From: Raillietiella orientalis
Taxonomy: Eukaryota
Reading direction: 5' to 3'
DNA: 64,000 bases
Assembly (NCBI GenBank): GCA_036172245.1
Contig: JAYWIR010000021.1
Location: 558,001 to 622,000, forward strand
The number at the start of each line of letters is the position of its first letter. The first letter of the stretch is position 1. The position numbers and the translations under genes are program-made. The notes under the pieces are model-generated. The model saw nothing but the letters and a program-made list of their open reading frames with translations. It searched no databases and was not told the origin of the DNA. This document shows, one piece after another, positions 53,270-64,000 of this stretch.

Positions 53270-53365
53270 GGTGCACGTAGTGGCCGCCCGTCGCTTTGGT
53301 AATGAACGACCCATGCTAGCGGCCGTGCGACACCGAGCGTCGCGGGTTCGAATCCCGCCGCCGGG
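53270..53365 (+). mobile_element. tRNA-derived SINE head (Pol III B-box)
   Basis: Perfect T-arm GCGGG-TTCGAAT-CCCGC (B-box GGTTCGAATCCC at 53345-53356); no full cloverleaf. Confidence 0.5.
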
Positions 53366-53439
53366 AGGAAGGATTGACTCCAGATAACGCGGGGTGCTTC
53401 GCGGGTTCGTTCGAGTTCTCCCCGCAGCATGGAGCTGGT

Positions 53440-54500
53440 TGGACTCTGCTGGCTCCAGGTGCGGAGTCACTGGTGGCAGCAGCCGGAAACCCCCGAACGC
53501 CTCCCCGTTGACTGGAGGGTGATTGTTGCCTCGGAGATTCGGGATTGGAGGTCGGCCCTCCGGGGTGCTCCAGGACATCAAGGAGCCTTTCGAGGTTCCC
53601 CCTCCGGTTATGGAAAGGGAGCCGCGTGCCATTGAGCTAGTTGATACCCCCCCCCCCTCAAGGGTTGCCTCCCCAGAGAAGCGCTCCGCTTCCTCTTCGG
53701 AGAGCGCCCTTCAGGGAAAATTGGGAACTTGGGAGTTCTCTTCCGAGGAGGAAACAAGACCCTTCGGAGAAGAAACGTGGAGATACTCCCCCCTCCGGAG
53801 GGAATGAGGGAGAGGGTTCTTCCGGCGCCTTCCCGGCTTCATAGGGTGGCTCCTATCTTGAAGAGTGACGTGCACCCTCGGCTGGCCTGAACGTGCCAAA
53901 GGGCTTCATAAGACTCCCCCGAGGGGACGAATGGTGATGGACGGCCACCACCGAATGCAACCACGAGAAGAGAGAGCCGGCATCCCGTCTTTGCTTCCCT
54001 TCTGGGAGCTTCGTCTGGCGCTCCTTTCGCCTCTGGAACGAAGGGTCACCCTCATCAAGCAATCGCTTCTGCGTCACCTTCGAGAGTCTCCCTTTTCCCA
54101 CCAGTGGATTGTGGACAACTGGGTCCTCCGTAGGATCGCACCTACCTCAAGATTCTAGGACGTTTCCAACATCCTTGTAGTCCACCCGGCCGGTGTCCAG
54201 GCGCCGCCTCGTCACACGCAGCATGCAGCAGATGCTCCACCTAGGCGATGAAGTCGCTCACGGCGGCGCGTCCACCCTGCGCCTCGGCGGCGGGACGCGC
54301 TGCCGTGCGGTCCACGCTCGAAGGTCCCGTGCGTGAGGTGCCACCAGTGGTCGGCGTTGGTGGCTGGATGCGATCCTCTGAAGAGATGGACGAGGGTGTC
54401 CGTCTCCCGCCCCTCTGCTGCCCCTCTTCCACCTCTGCCCCCGGCCTTCCCAGAGCTCATCAGGCCTCCACGAACGTGAACGGTTGACATCCGTCCTCCG
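53440..54500 (-). mobile_element. Second degenerate Gypsy relic related to 18400-19700
   Basis: Shared collinear blocks (cactggtgg, ccgttgactgg, cttcggagagcrccct, gaagagtg..y.gcac.ctcgg); minus-strand HVQASR versus PVHATR, plus EKGD and TPTTGG. Confidence 0.4.
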
Positions 54501-57215
54501 CCCGCCCCTCCCCTCCCTCCTTACTGCTTCCCTCTAGGGCCTCGTCGCTTCCCGGATTTGGCTCTCCAGGCCGCCGTGATTGCCGGCGACGGCCGAAGAC
54601 GTGCCGTTGCCAATGCGACTGTCAGCCAAGCCCTTCAATGAGTGTCTCGTTGGGGAACTCCTGGATGGCGTTCCTCGTAGAGAACATCTTTGGTTGACTC
54701 GGCGGCAGCAGTCCCGAGGGAGACGATTCCTACTCCATGTGCGGGGAAGCACGTCCGGAAGATGTCACCAATGACCCCGCCATTTGCAAAGGCGCCACGT
54801 GCCTAAAGGGCGCGCCGATCCATCCCAGCTCGATAAAGAATCAAGGACGATGGTGGACTCCTTCCGTGCTGGGCAGAGCGCTGTTGCGATCACAACGGCA
54901 GGAAGAGATTCCCGTCGTCGTTTCAAATCCCCCTCGGGAACGCCTGCACCACCGCAGCGCCTGAGCACATTCGGCGCAAGGAAGGCGAAACACACCACCG
55001 GGCTCTTACGGGGGCTGTCCTCGAATGGAGACGACCAGCGACCTCGAAGGGAAGCAGGCCGACGAGCGTCCATTCCTCTCGAGACAGAGTCGTAAACTTG
55101 GAGACGGAGTTCTTGGTCACACACTCTTAACTGGAAGAGCAGAAGAAAGGATGGAAATGCAGAGCAAGAAGCAGACAGGGGAAGGAGTTTACGACGACAG
55201 GTCACACGGGTCAGTCCACGATCTCAGCCGCACCGCAGCAAGGGAGCGGAAGTGCTGCGTTTCCTCAGTGGCGTGGAGTCACGTCGGTTCGGCTTGGAAG
55301 CAGACGCTTCCGGGTGTCGTGCCATGCGGATGGTTGGTCAGAGGACACGCGTTCCGGTTGGAATGATGAGGTCATCACAAGGGCAGGCATGGCTGCCGTT
55401 CATGGCACGATCGTTCGGCAGCCCATGAGGACTGGACAGCGGTTTTCCACCGCGCAGCTTCCGCACGTGTCTGTCGGACGCGAATCCGCTCTCCACGAGC
55501 GAATTCCGCGCATGACCGAACCGAAGGATTGTTCTTCCTTTGGTCGCTGGTCCGCAGACCCCTCGGATCGTCGAGGAAGCACGGCTTAAGCGGGGCCACA
55601 CGAGTCCGTGGTCCTCCTGCCTTCAGGATCGGGAGTGGGACGTCGCAGATGATGCCCGCCCTCTCTCCCCATGATGTCTCTTCCCACACCAGGGTTACCG
55701 CGCCCATTTTCGTTCTTGGGTTCTTCTCACCGCTGCGGCACCCAGAATGCCATCCGACTCGCTCCAAAGCGAGCGCCGCCCTCTCGCTGGAGGGCACGCG
55801 CGTCCGGCGCCTCAGGCGCGCCTGCCGAATCTCGGCCCCTTTGTGATTCCCCAGCAGCCACGGCGGAGGAGTCTTCAGCGCCTATTCCGTCGCGGCTGAC
55901 CCGGGTTGCCTCCATCTTGCGGTTACTCAGGGTCTTCGCACTGCTGCTGCGTTCACGACAAATTCTCCCCAGGGACGCGGCTTCCCGCGCCTCCCCACGG
56001 GGCTACCCACAAATGCCAAACGTGTAATGCCCCCACAGGACCGCTTCCTGGATTTTCAGGATCCGTTTCTCCAGCTGCGTGCAGGATGTTCTCAAGATTG
56101 CCTTCTTCGGAATTCCTGCTCCTTCCGGGACGATATTTCATCGGAAGACCTTGATCGAAGACCTTTCACCGGAGGCTTCGAGCGTCCGCACCAGCACCCC
56201 TCCCCCCTACTGCTCCTCTTCTCCTGAACTTCTTCAGAAGCGCTTCTTCCTCGGCTTGAAGTATGAAAAATCTGCTTTCATGCCGAGCGGATGGGAATGG
56301 AGAGACGCGGAGCAGCGGGGGAGGATAAATCTTAGTGAGCTTTGGGGATTTTAGCAGCATCACAGGAGATCCGACTTTTCAGCAGCACATGCAAAAATGC
56401 TTGATTAAGGCGGAGTTCCACGATCCTTTCGCGTGTATGGTGATCATCCCTGCGGGTCCAAGAAAAATGTTCCCAAAAGCCCGGCGTGTCTTTCGCCTCC
56501 CTGAAGAAGGAAGAGTTCGCCTCGAGCGTCGGTCCCCGGGGGAGCGTTAGGGTCGTCGTCGACTCTTCCCCGGCTCCCTCCCATCTGCATCCTCTCCCGA
56601 CTGCGCACTGCCCGTACGCGCGAACGTTTCCGACCAGCGCTGGACCCGGCCGGCGCCTGGCGGATCGACGGCCGCGGGCGCTTCCGATGCTTCCCGCTTG
56701 ACGCTCACGCGAGAACGGGTAGGTGCCCCACCCGATGCGCTCGCAGGTCAGCTCGTTCTCTGAAAAAGGTCGACTCCCTTTTGGGGACTTGGCCGCTCTC
56801 TGCGTTTTCCGAAATCCTCGCAAAGAATGCTCGGCCCATCACGGAACCCACGGCGGCATGGAGGGCGCTGATGTCTTCGCTGCGCTCATTCCCACCGTGC
56901 CCTCCTCACCTCAACACCTCCCAGGTGTTTGGAACCGGTAGTTCCCTTTCATCCCGTCCTCGGGAGGAAGACCACTCTCGTGCTGCGTGTGTGAGACCTC
57001 TCCCACGCGAAACCCGGTCCAGAAATTGTGTACAGCGAACGTCCTGCTCTCAATTCCGAGTTCTCACGTTCGGCGTGTTTTTCCGCCACTGTTCTTCCCA
57101 CTGTGCCTTTTCGATGCAATCGGACTGCAACGGGGCGTCCGCCCTCAGCTGTCCGCATAAAAAACTGACCACAGCCTTTCGGTCAGTTCCTCGTTTCAAC
57201 ATGGGTTTTTCGTAG

Positions 57216-57415
57216 CGTTGATGCATGCGGTTGTTTTCGGGAATGTCACGGCGATCATACAGAGAATGTACTCAAGAAGATCGCAGTACCATTCGAAGCT
57301 GAGAGATTTGAAAGACTTTTTGAAAATTCATCAGATTCCGAAGCAGCTGAAGCAGAGAGTTCAGGAATATTTCCAGACAACGTGGTCTCTTAACCATGGT
57401 TTGGATACGAACGAA
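57216..57415 (+). CDS. Elk: Elk exon (probable exon 9), S6 and C-linker
   Basis: cgtag|CG TTG...AAC GAA|gtaagt; encodes [35 protein letters not shown]...[17 protein letters not shown]; 200 nt, phase 1 to 0. Confidence 0.95.
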
Positions 57416-57963
57416 GTAAGTGGTTTCCTGTCTCTCTGTTTTGCTCTTTTGAAAAGAATGCTCATTCCACCCTTTTCGGAAAATCGGAGTGTTTCCATAC
57501 ATTGCATGTAAATAAAACTAGAACGGAGCAGTTGCCTGGAAACGAGATGCAAAAGGAAAACAAAAAACGAAAGAAAGTGCTCGCGGACTTTCCTTTCCTT
57601 TCCTTTCGTCACCTACCACGTTTTCGCCACTCTTCGCCTCCGTCCTGCCCGGGACATGAGATCAGATTGCAGACGGGAAGGTTTCCTTGGCGAAGCGAGG
57701 AAGGGACTTCCTCCCGGCGGAGGCTGCTCTCGCCGAGATGGCGCGCTCCGGAGGAACGTGGAGGCCCCGGTCAGCCGACCAGCAAGTTTGATGTATCTGA
57801 AGACAACGGCACCAGTCGTTGTCATGACGAGCAAACGCTCGTGCGTGGGCACACACGGGGTTTTCAGTGAGTGCGAGACCTCGAACAGGCGTTGCTTTTC
57901 TTTTTTTTTTCCTGATTCAAAATCTTCGTACATTTCAATGCAGAGCTTTTAAGCTTGTGTACG

Positions 57964-58895
57964 TACGAGGCTCATCTCGAAAGTAAGAGCCGATCGGATG
58001 TACAGAAAGAGCAAAGAAGGGAAACAGAAATGGATCGGTGGTCCTAAACGCATGCATCTCCATGTCGTCTTTCTGCGTAGTCGCCATTTTTTTTTTCCAA
58101 ACACTTTCGACACCCCTGGAAGAAGCTTTTTTTTTTTGAGACCGTCTGCGTGAAATTCCGCCGCCTGGGAGTTCAGCACTGCAGTTTTCCACCCCTCGCT
58201 TTCCTCGAGCGGGTTGAGATGCGAGTCACTCCTGGAGATGCTGGAAGACGTGGCAGTCAGTGGGCAGGACTGCAAGGTGGGTGATCGAAAAGTTCTGGAA
58301 TTGTCTGGAATGCGCGGACAGCAGCGTGTGGAACCCAAAGGGTGTGTGCTTTCGGTGGACTCTGTGGAGCCTGGAACAACCACCACTTCGCAGGCCTACT
58401 GCGTGGTCTACACTTTCAAAACCGCCATTCACAAGCGACAACGTGGATTGCTGACGTCAGGAATCGTTCTCCTCCTTCACGACAACGCGCGCCCTGGCAA
58501 CACATGCTGTCCGCATATTCCAGACACTTCAGAAATTCAAGTGGGAACTTTTCGATCACCCACCTCACAGTCCTGGCCAGTGACCACCGCGTCTCTTCCT
58601 TCCCACACCTCCAGAAGTGGCTCGACCAATCGAGGGGGGGGGGAGCGAGGAGGACTTGAAAACTGCAGTGCTGCTGAGCTGACCGAACTCCCAGGCGGGC
58701 GGAATTTCACGCAGACGCTCTCAAAAAAAAAAAGCTTCTTCCAGGGGTGTCGAAAGTGTTTGGGGAAAAAAAGGGTGGCCACGTAGAAAGACGACGTGGA
58801 GATGCATGTGTTTAGGACCACCGATGCACTTTTGCTTCTCTTATCCGCTCTTTCTTAACAGCGGATGGGCTCTTACTTTTGAGATGAGCTTCGTG
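57964..58895 (+). mobile_element. Mariner-derived non-autonomous element with long inverted arms
   Basis: TIRs TACGAGGCTCATCTCGAAAGTAAGAGCC and GGCTCTTACTTTTGAGATGAGCTTCGTG. Transposase relic GTTTTSQAYC..RGLLTSGIVLLLHDNARP, KFKWELFDHPPHSP, LNSQAAEFHADGLKK. The left arm ~57964-58330 is the reverse complement of the right arm ~58500-58895. Confidence 0.88.
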
Positions 58896-60109
58896 CATTT
58901 GCAAGCAGAGCTTTGATCTTGAGTACATGCAAACGAGAAGACGCACAGGTGCGGTCCACACAACTCGCAATCGAGGAACCCATTCATGGAGCAAGAAACG
59001 TGGATGTCTGCTGCTCGGAGGAAACTGCGGGCGATAAGGCTAAGAGCTGCTCATCTGAATACGTAAGCGGGAGCCGAGGCTTGTTGATTTGCTTGGGAGT
59101 TATCAGATGAAAGATCTGGTAGGGTGCCGGCTGCAGCCGTTACGATGAGATCATTACAGCATGAGAAAATGGGTTTTCATCTGGTCCGGGACCGTCTATT
59201 CATCAACATGTTTGAAGAGATCGCAAAGGCTTTTTCTGATCCCCGGATCCATAACTGATGCTAATTGTGACTGATGCAGATCGCGAGTCTTCGAATTTCC
59301 TATAATTTGGGGGATAGCAGAAGAGAAAGAAGAAGAAGAGCCCAAACTTGAGGCAGCCGAACCCGCTCAAGGGGGCTGGAGGGTGCAAGAATGCACCAAT
59401 TGCCTCGCTCAAGTGAGTCGGCGATCCATGGTGATCCATGCCGCCAGCGGGTATTCCCGCGTGCGATGCTGTCTGTCCCTGGCTGATGAGGGCGGGAGGA
59501 TGTGGAAGTACTCAGAGATTAGAATGGCCGCGGCGGTCCATACTTGCCTTGCAGTCTTCTTTTTCAGAGGGCACCAAAACGCACGCACGCGCGGCGGGGG
59601 ATGCCTTGCTGCACTCACCATTCGTGGCGCACGTTTCCTGTAAATGGACTCCTCATGAGACAGTCGGTGGTGTGCTCCGGAAGAATGTCTTGGAGACGCG
59701 GGGCTGTCGGTATGGAACTCGAAAAGAACCGTAGCCCACGGCAGCACGACAAAGAAACACTGCTTGGAAGTAATAGTGAGGTCCTTGGAAAAGAAAAAAA
59801 GGAAACGCCAGCCATCCTTGACTTTGGAGGGGTGAATCGGGAGCGCTCAGCCTTTGTGAAGAAGTTGCGGGTTGTTCCCTATAAATGAAGATTGAAATCC
59901 CTAGTTTTGAGAACCCCACCCACACGAATTGTCCTGCTCCGACTCGAGATGACATTTTCCTCGTCCGCCCATTCGATGGTGGCGGAATTTTCGCTGCTGT
60001 CTCTTCGAAAGTTCTCTTTTTCTCCTCTGTTTGTCACTATCTGTTTTGTGAAGAAGGAGTCTTTGTTTTTGCTTTTCCCTGTTTTATTTTTATTTTTTTT
60101 TGCTTGCAG

Positions 60110-60359
60110 ATCTTGAAAGAATTTCCAGAAGAACTGAGAGGCGACGTGTCGATGCATCTGCACCGTGAGATCCTTCAGCTTCCCATATTCGCCACAGCTT
60201 CCCAAGGGTGTTTGAAGATGCTGTCTTTGCACATAAGGACCAATTTCTGTGCTCCCAATGAATACCTCGTTCACAAGGAGGACGCTCTCTGCTACATATA
60301 CTACTTGTGCAATGGGTCCATGGAAGTCGTTCAGGATCACATGGTCGTTGCTATTCTCG
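60110..60359 (+). CDS. Elk: Elk exon (probable exon 10), C-linker and CNBHD
   Basis: Long polypyrimidine tract, then ttgcag|ATC TTG...CTC G|gtaatt; encodes [27 protein letters not shown]...[39 protein letters not shown]; 250 nt, phase 0 to 1. Confidence 0.95.
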
Positions 60360-63300
60360 GTAATTTCTTATTTGTTACACGTGACAGAGTTCCCCATTTT
60401 CGATGAGGGAACGCCGCCCTCCCCTTTTCTGTTGCGGGAAGTCGCAAAGAACACCTCAGAAACGTCTTCCGGTGCCACCACCGGTTCTGATTCGGGATGT
60501 CTTGCTCTCGTTCGATTTTCGGGAAGCCCTCGCTCTTCCGAGCAGGAGAGCGGCCGCAAGAACGCATCGAGGCAACTCCAGGGCCAGAACTCTTTCCGGG
60601 GACGAGCTGCTCGAGATATCGATGGGCTGCTGCTCCCGGTAGGGTTCCCCCCCCCCCCCCTATTCCGTATGATCACTGCCTCCATGCCGTGCTCCAAGCA
60701 AAAGATGCTTGGAAGCAGCGATGATGGCAAGATGGATGACGTCGGTTTGCCGATACGCGGCTGAGGAACTCGGAGGGAGTCGCTGATCCTTGGCGACAAC
60801 TCTGGCTTGGGAAGTTCTTCCGCCTCCGCATCCCGTCAGGAACGAACCGGGCACTTCGCTTTATCTACGTTGCAGTGGTCCGAAATGTCTCGAGGCTTCC
60901 TTGCGAGTCAGAGAGGGCTTCTGGGCTGCAGTTTCCCACCGCCTCCACTCTCAGGCGAGCTGCTGACGGGGCGAGGGGGGTCGGAGGCTGTTGTCCTCAC
61001 CGCCAGTTGCTGACTCTTTTCCCGGCGACGGTAACGTACGGAACCGCCAGCAAGAGGCCGGCGGCGGCTCACTCCCTTCCGGGAAGTGCGGAAGCGTTTG
61101 GTTAGGTCGGCAGCCAAGCGGAGCAGCTCCGAAGCCTCGAGGTCACCCTGCGAGCAGACCGTTCTGCTTGCCCTCCGCTCCAAACCTCGGAATATCGATT
61201 GCTCCGATGCCTCGTTCCGTTTCCGCATCCAACCGGGTCGGCAGACCCTGAAGAAATTTCTTGCACGAAACGGCTCAGAAAGGAAGAGGAAGGGGAAAAA
61301 AAAAAAAAAAACGTGAAAGAAAACGAGCAGCTTCCAGGATTTTTTTTGCGAGCTCGTCGTGGCTGGAGCCTCGGTCGCATTAGTCTCTCTCGGAGGCGGA
61401 AGCAGAAGAAGAGTTTCTGAAGGCAGAGGGTGAACAGGAAGCGAGGACAGAGAGGCATTTATCTACCTGTTCTTCGATGGGAGCTTCCTTATTGCAATCC
61501 ATGCCCCTCTCTGTTCTAAGAAAAGTCAGTTGCCATTTATCTGATTGCCTGCTTTCTTGATCTTGTTATCGTTCTCTCCCTTCTGTTTTCAAGCCCAGTT
61601 GACAGATGACTGTTTTTCTAAATTATTATGATGCTGGAAGTTCTGCTATTTCCTTCCGATGTTGTCAGCTTTGTGGGCCCCACGATCTTCTTCGGGTTTT
61701 ATCGTAAAACAAACAAAAGAGAAAAAAATTCAAGAGATGCCACATTTTCGAAAACCCAAATCACTCGAAAGTTTCATACTGCCCATCAATTCAGTTTCAC
61801 GTAATATAATCTCTTACGTCTCTCTTCATCTACTTCTGGATTCTGGGATGAATCCTCGCGTCAGCACTAACCATTTCATTCTTAAGGCGGTTTGAAAGTA
61901 TGAGAGCGTTACTTTTCCACTCTCCATCCCTTCTCTGATTTGTGTGATGAAGTGAAGCCACTCTGAGGTGAGGTGAGCACTTTGAAAGCCATGAGTAAAC
62001 TTCCGCACTTTATGCCATGTGGTGCGTATGGATGCAAACGTTTTTCTTTCTTTCTTTCTTTGGATGCCGAAGCATCCTTGTTAGATTCTTCCTAGGAGTC
62101 TCCACCTCTTCGGTTCTCGCGTTCCGGCTGCAGTGCGTGTCCGTTTGGCTTTCTACCCGGCGACTCCTTCTTTCGAAATCTGACCAAGGGCGCTTCTTAT
62201 TCTCCATCCACATCATCCCTCTTCCGAGAGTGCTTGCCCCGCTTGCCGCACAGCAGTTACCTCGACAGCTCCATCTCTTGCGGAGCCGCAGAAACACACA
62301 TTTTACTCCCCATTAGCAAACTGGTGCCACACATTACATCCGACGTGAAAGGTGTTCGCCAGTGTGCTTCACCATGCAGTCCCTACCGTGTTGAACACCA
62401 TTCTTGTTTCGGACAGTCACGCAGCTTTCAGGAACGCGAGCATTCGAAAGACGCTCGACTGCACTCGGCTGCCCGGATACCGAAGAAGGAAACACGTCAC
62501 TCCTCAAGGAAGAATGTCCTTTTTCGTTTGCTTATCTGTTTCCACCTGGTCAGCTCCTTGTGCCCCTTCGCGATCGGCCGATAAAAATGGACGTCCTTCT
62601 TCTCGTACAGTCTTCTTAGGAGGGCTGCCCTAGGGAGATGTTTCTTCCGCATCAGTCGAGTCACCAAGCTATGATTGAGCGGAGAAGGACGGAAGAGGAG
62701 CGCGCAGTACCCCTCGTGTGAGGAGCAGAAAGGGGTGGAGGGAAGGAGAAAAGCTTCTATCCTTGCGGAAGCGCGGCAATCAGTTCTCTGAAACTCTCTG
62801 AAATGAGCTCCTACATCGGTGAAGTATCACATTCCGTGCTTTCCTCAAGAGCAGAGCTTCCTTGCGCTTCCGCTCCGCCCCCTCCTTGGCGAGCTTCGTC
62901 CCGAAAAATAAGAAGAGCGATCTTTCCCTCCCTCTCTCCCTCTCTCTCCCTACGGACGCAGGACAGCGCAGGTGCTGCCGATCGAGCATTACCCGGGGAT
63001 CCCAGCGTTAGGTTGAGAGTGCAGGGAACAGATGTTGTTCTTCCTGCCGCAGAAATATCTAAGATAAAAGTAGAATGAGAGCTGCTGCATGGAAAGGAGG
63101 CTGACCACCTTTCATGACCTCTCTCTCCATCCCCCGAAATTCAGTGCGGAATTGGTGCAAAGTCTGGATTCCCTGGACATCATGTCATCGTCACTCCTTT
63201 CGCATCTTTGAGCGGAGTTGGAGGAAAGAAGGAAGGCAAACCTGAGATGAAGGCATGAAAGAGAGGATCTGTTGCGAAGAAGAACAGCCGCAGACATGGG

Positions 63301-63834
63301 GGACGGGTGCCATTCTTCCAGGAAGTTGCTGAAACGAGCGTTCTCGCGTTTCCCGAGCACAGCTGTTCCGTGCCGGTACGGGTCAAGACAGGGGCGTGAC
63401 CTCTGGTGCAGGAACGACAGATCCCTCGCTGCTGTGTCTCTGTGCGTGCTTCCCGCTCTGTTTCTTCCCTACTTTTGTTCCAATCACCCTCCCCCCTCCC
63501 CCAGAGCTAGCCCGAGATCCGAAACCGTTCCGATGCGCACATTCCCGCGCAGCTGCGCGCGATTTGATGCCTTCGACTTGATCAGCGCGCGCTGACGGAA
63601 AATCGTGGTCGAGTTCGCGTCCGCAGCAACCGGCGGTCACCGGAACTCCGTGAGACGAAAAGCCCGTGCCCTGTACCGAGGAGTTCCAGAAAGGAGACGG
63701 TGAACCCTGGGCAGGCCAACGTCTGCGAGGATGACCTTCACGTAGCATCGCTGCTGCGCCGTCGCCTTATCGATGGCGCACGTCAGATTTTAATGTTAAA
63801 TTAATATTGATTTTTAAAGTATTTATGAGTGGAA

Positions 63835-64000
63835 TGTCTCAGACCGGCTTCTCGGACGTGCGCCCCCTCTCTTGACTCACCACCCGGGGCTTACGCCAGG
63901 AGTCACTATAAAAGGGAACCAGGCTGATGGGTTCCCAGTAGGCTCGATCTCTGCTGAGAGGTTCTCCCGGGAAGGAACCACATCCACTCTGCATCCGGAG
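63835..64000 (+). mobile_element. Possible start of an LTR (runs off the window)
   Basis: TGT start right after an AT-rich patch, TATAAAA at 63907-63913, then a short hairpin GGGAACC...GGTTCCC. Confidence 0.25.

Larger units (their letters stand above)
3505..60359 (+). other. Elk: Partial multi-exon gene: Elk / Kv12 (KCNH3/4/8-like) eag-family voltage-gated potassium channel; 9 internal exons, 5' and 3' ends outside the window
   Basis: Nine GT-AG exons with matching phases splice into one uninterrupted frame: PAS-PAC, RRRSRAVLYHLSGH linker (typical of Elk), S1-S4, S5-pore (SVGFGNVS)-S6, C-linker, CNBHD. The short S5-P turret resembles protostome Elk. Confidence 0.95.

Noticed and set aside
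53270..53365. Functional tRNA gene
   Set aside because: Only the T-arm/B-box is intact; no acceptor or anticodon stems, so it is treated as a SINE relic.
60360..64000. Next Elk exon (expected GKGDL.G)
   Set aside because: Not found. The ccag-aaaggagac at ~63686 has the wrong phase and no continuing similarity.
1..64000. CRISPR array, rRNA, operon or prokaryotic defence system
   Set aside because: No regularly spaced repeats, rRNA motifs or dense prokaryote-like coding; the spliced Elk gene shows the DNA is eukaryotic.

Overview
Eukaryotic (animal, probably arthropod) genomic DNA, GC-rich and intron-dominated. Nearly all ORFs in the supplied track are spurious. The window holds nine internal coding exons of a + strand Elk (eag-like, Kv12/KCNH3-4-8 family) voltage-gated K+ channel gene, spread over 3505-60359. 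They encode the PAS/PAC (eag) domain, S1-S6, the GFG pore, the C-linker and the first part of the CNBHD. All have GT-AG junctions with compatible phases. The start exon lies upstream of the window and the C-terminal exons lie downstream. The introns carry decayed transposons: Gypsy integrase/LTR relics, a 5'-truncated Tx1/L1-type LINE with a TSD, R2/NeSL-like relics, a fold-back mariner derivative and tRNA-SINE heads. I found no convincing new multi-gene system. The best leads are conserved glycines in the CNBHD exon that could be restored only by A-to-G changes (next to a long intronic hairpin), the unusual mariner structure, the snap-back LINE junction, and strong exon-to-exon GC3 mosaicism. 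All homology calls come from motif recognition by eye; no searches were run.
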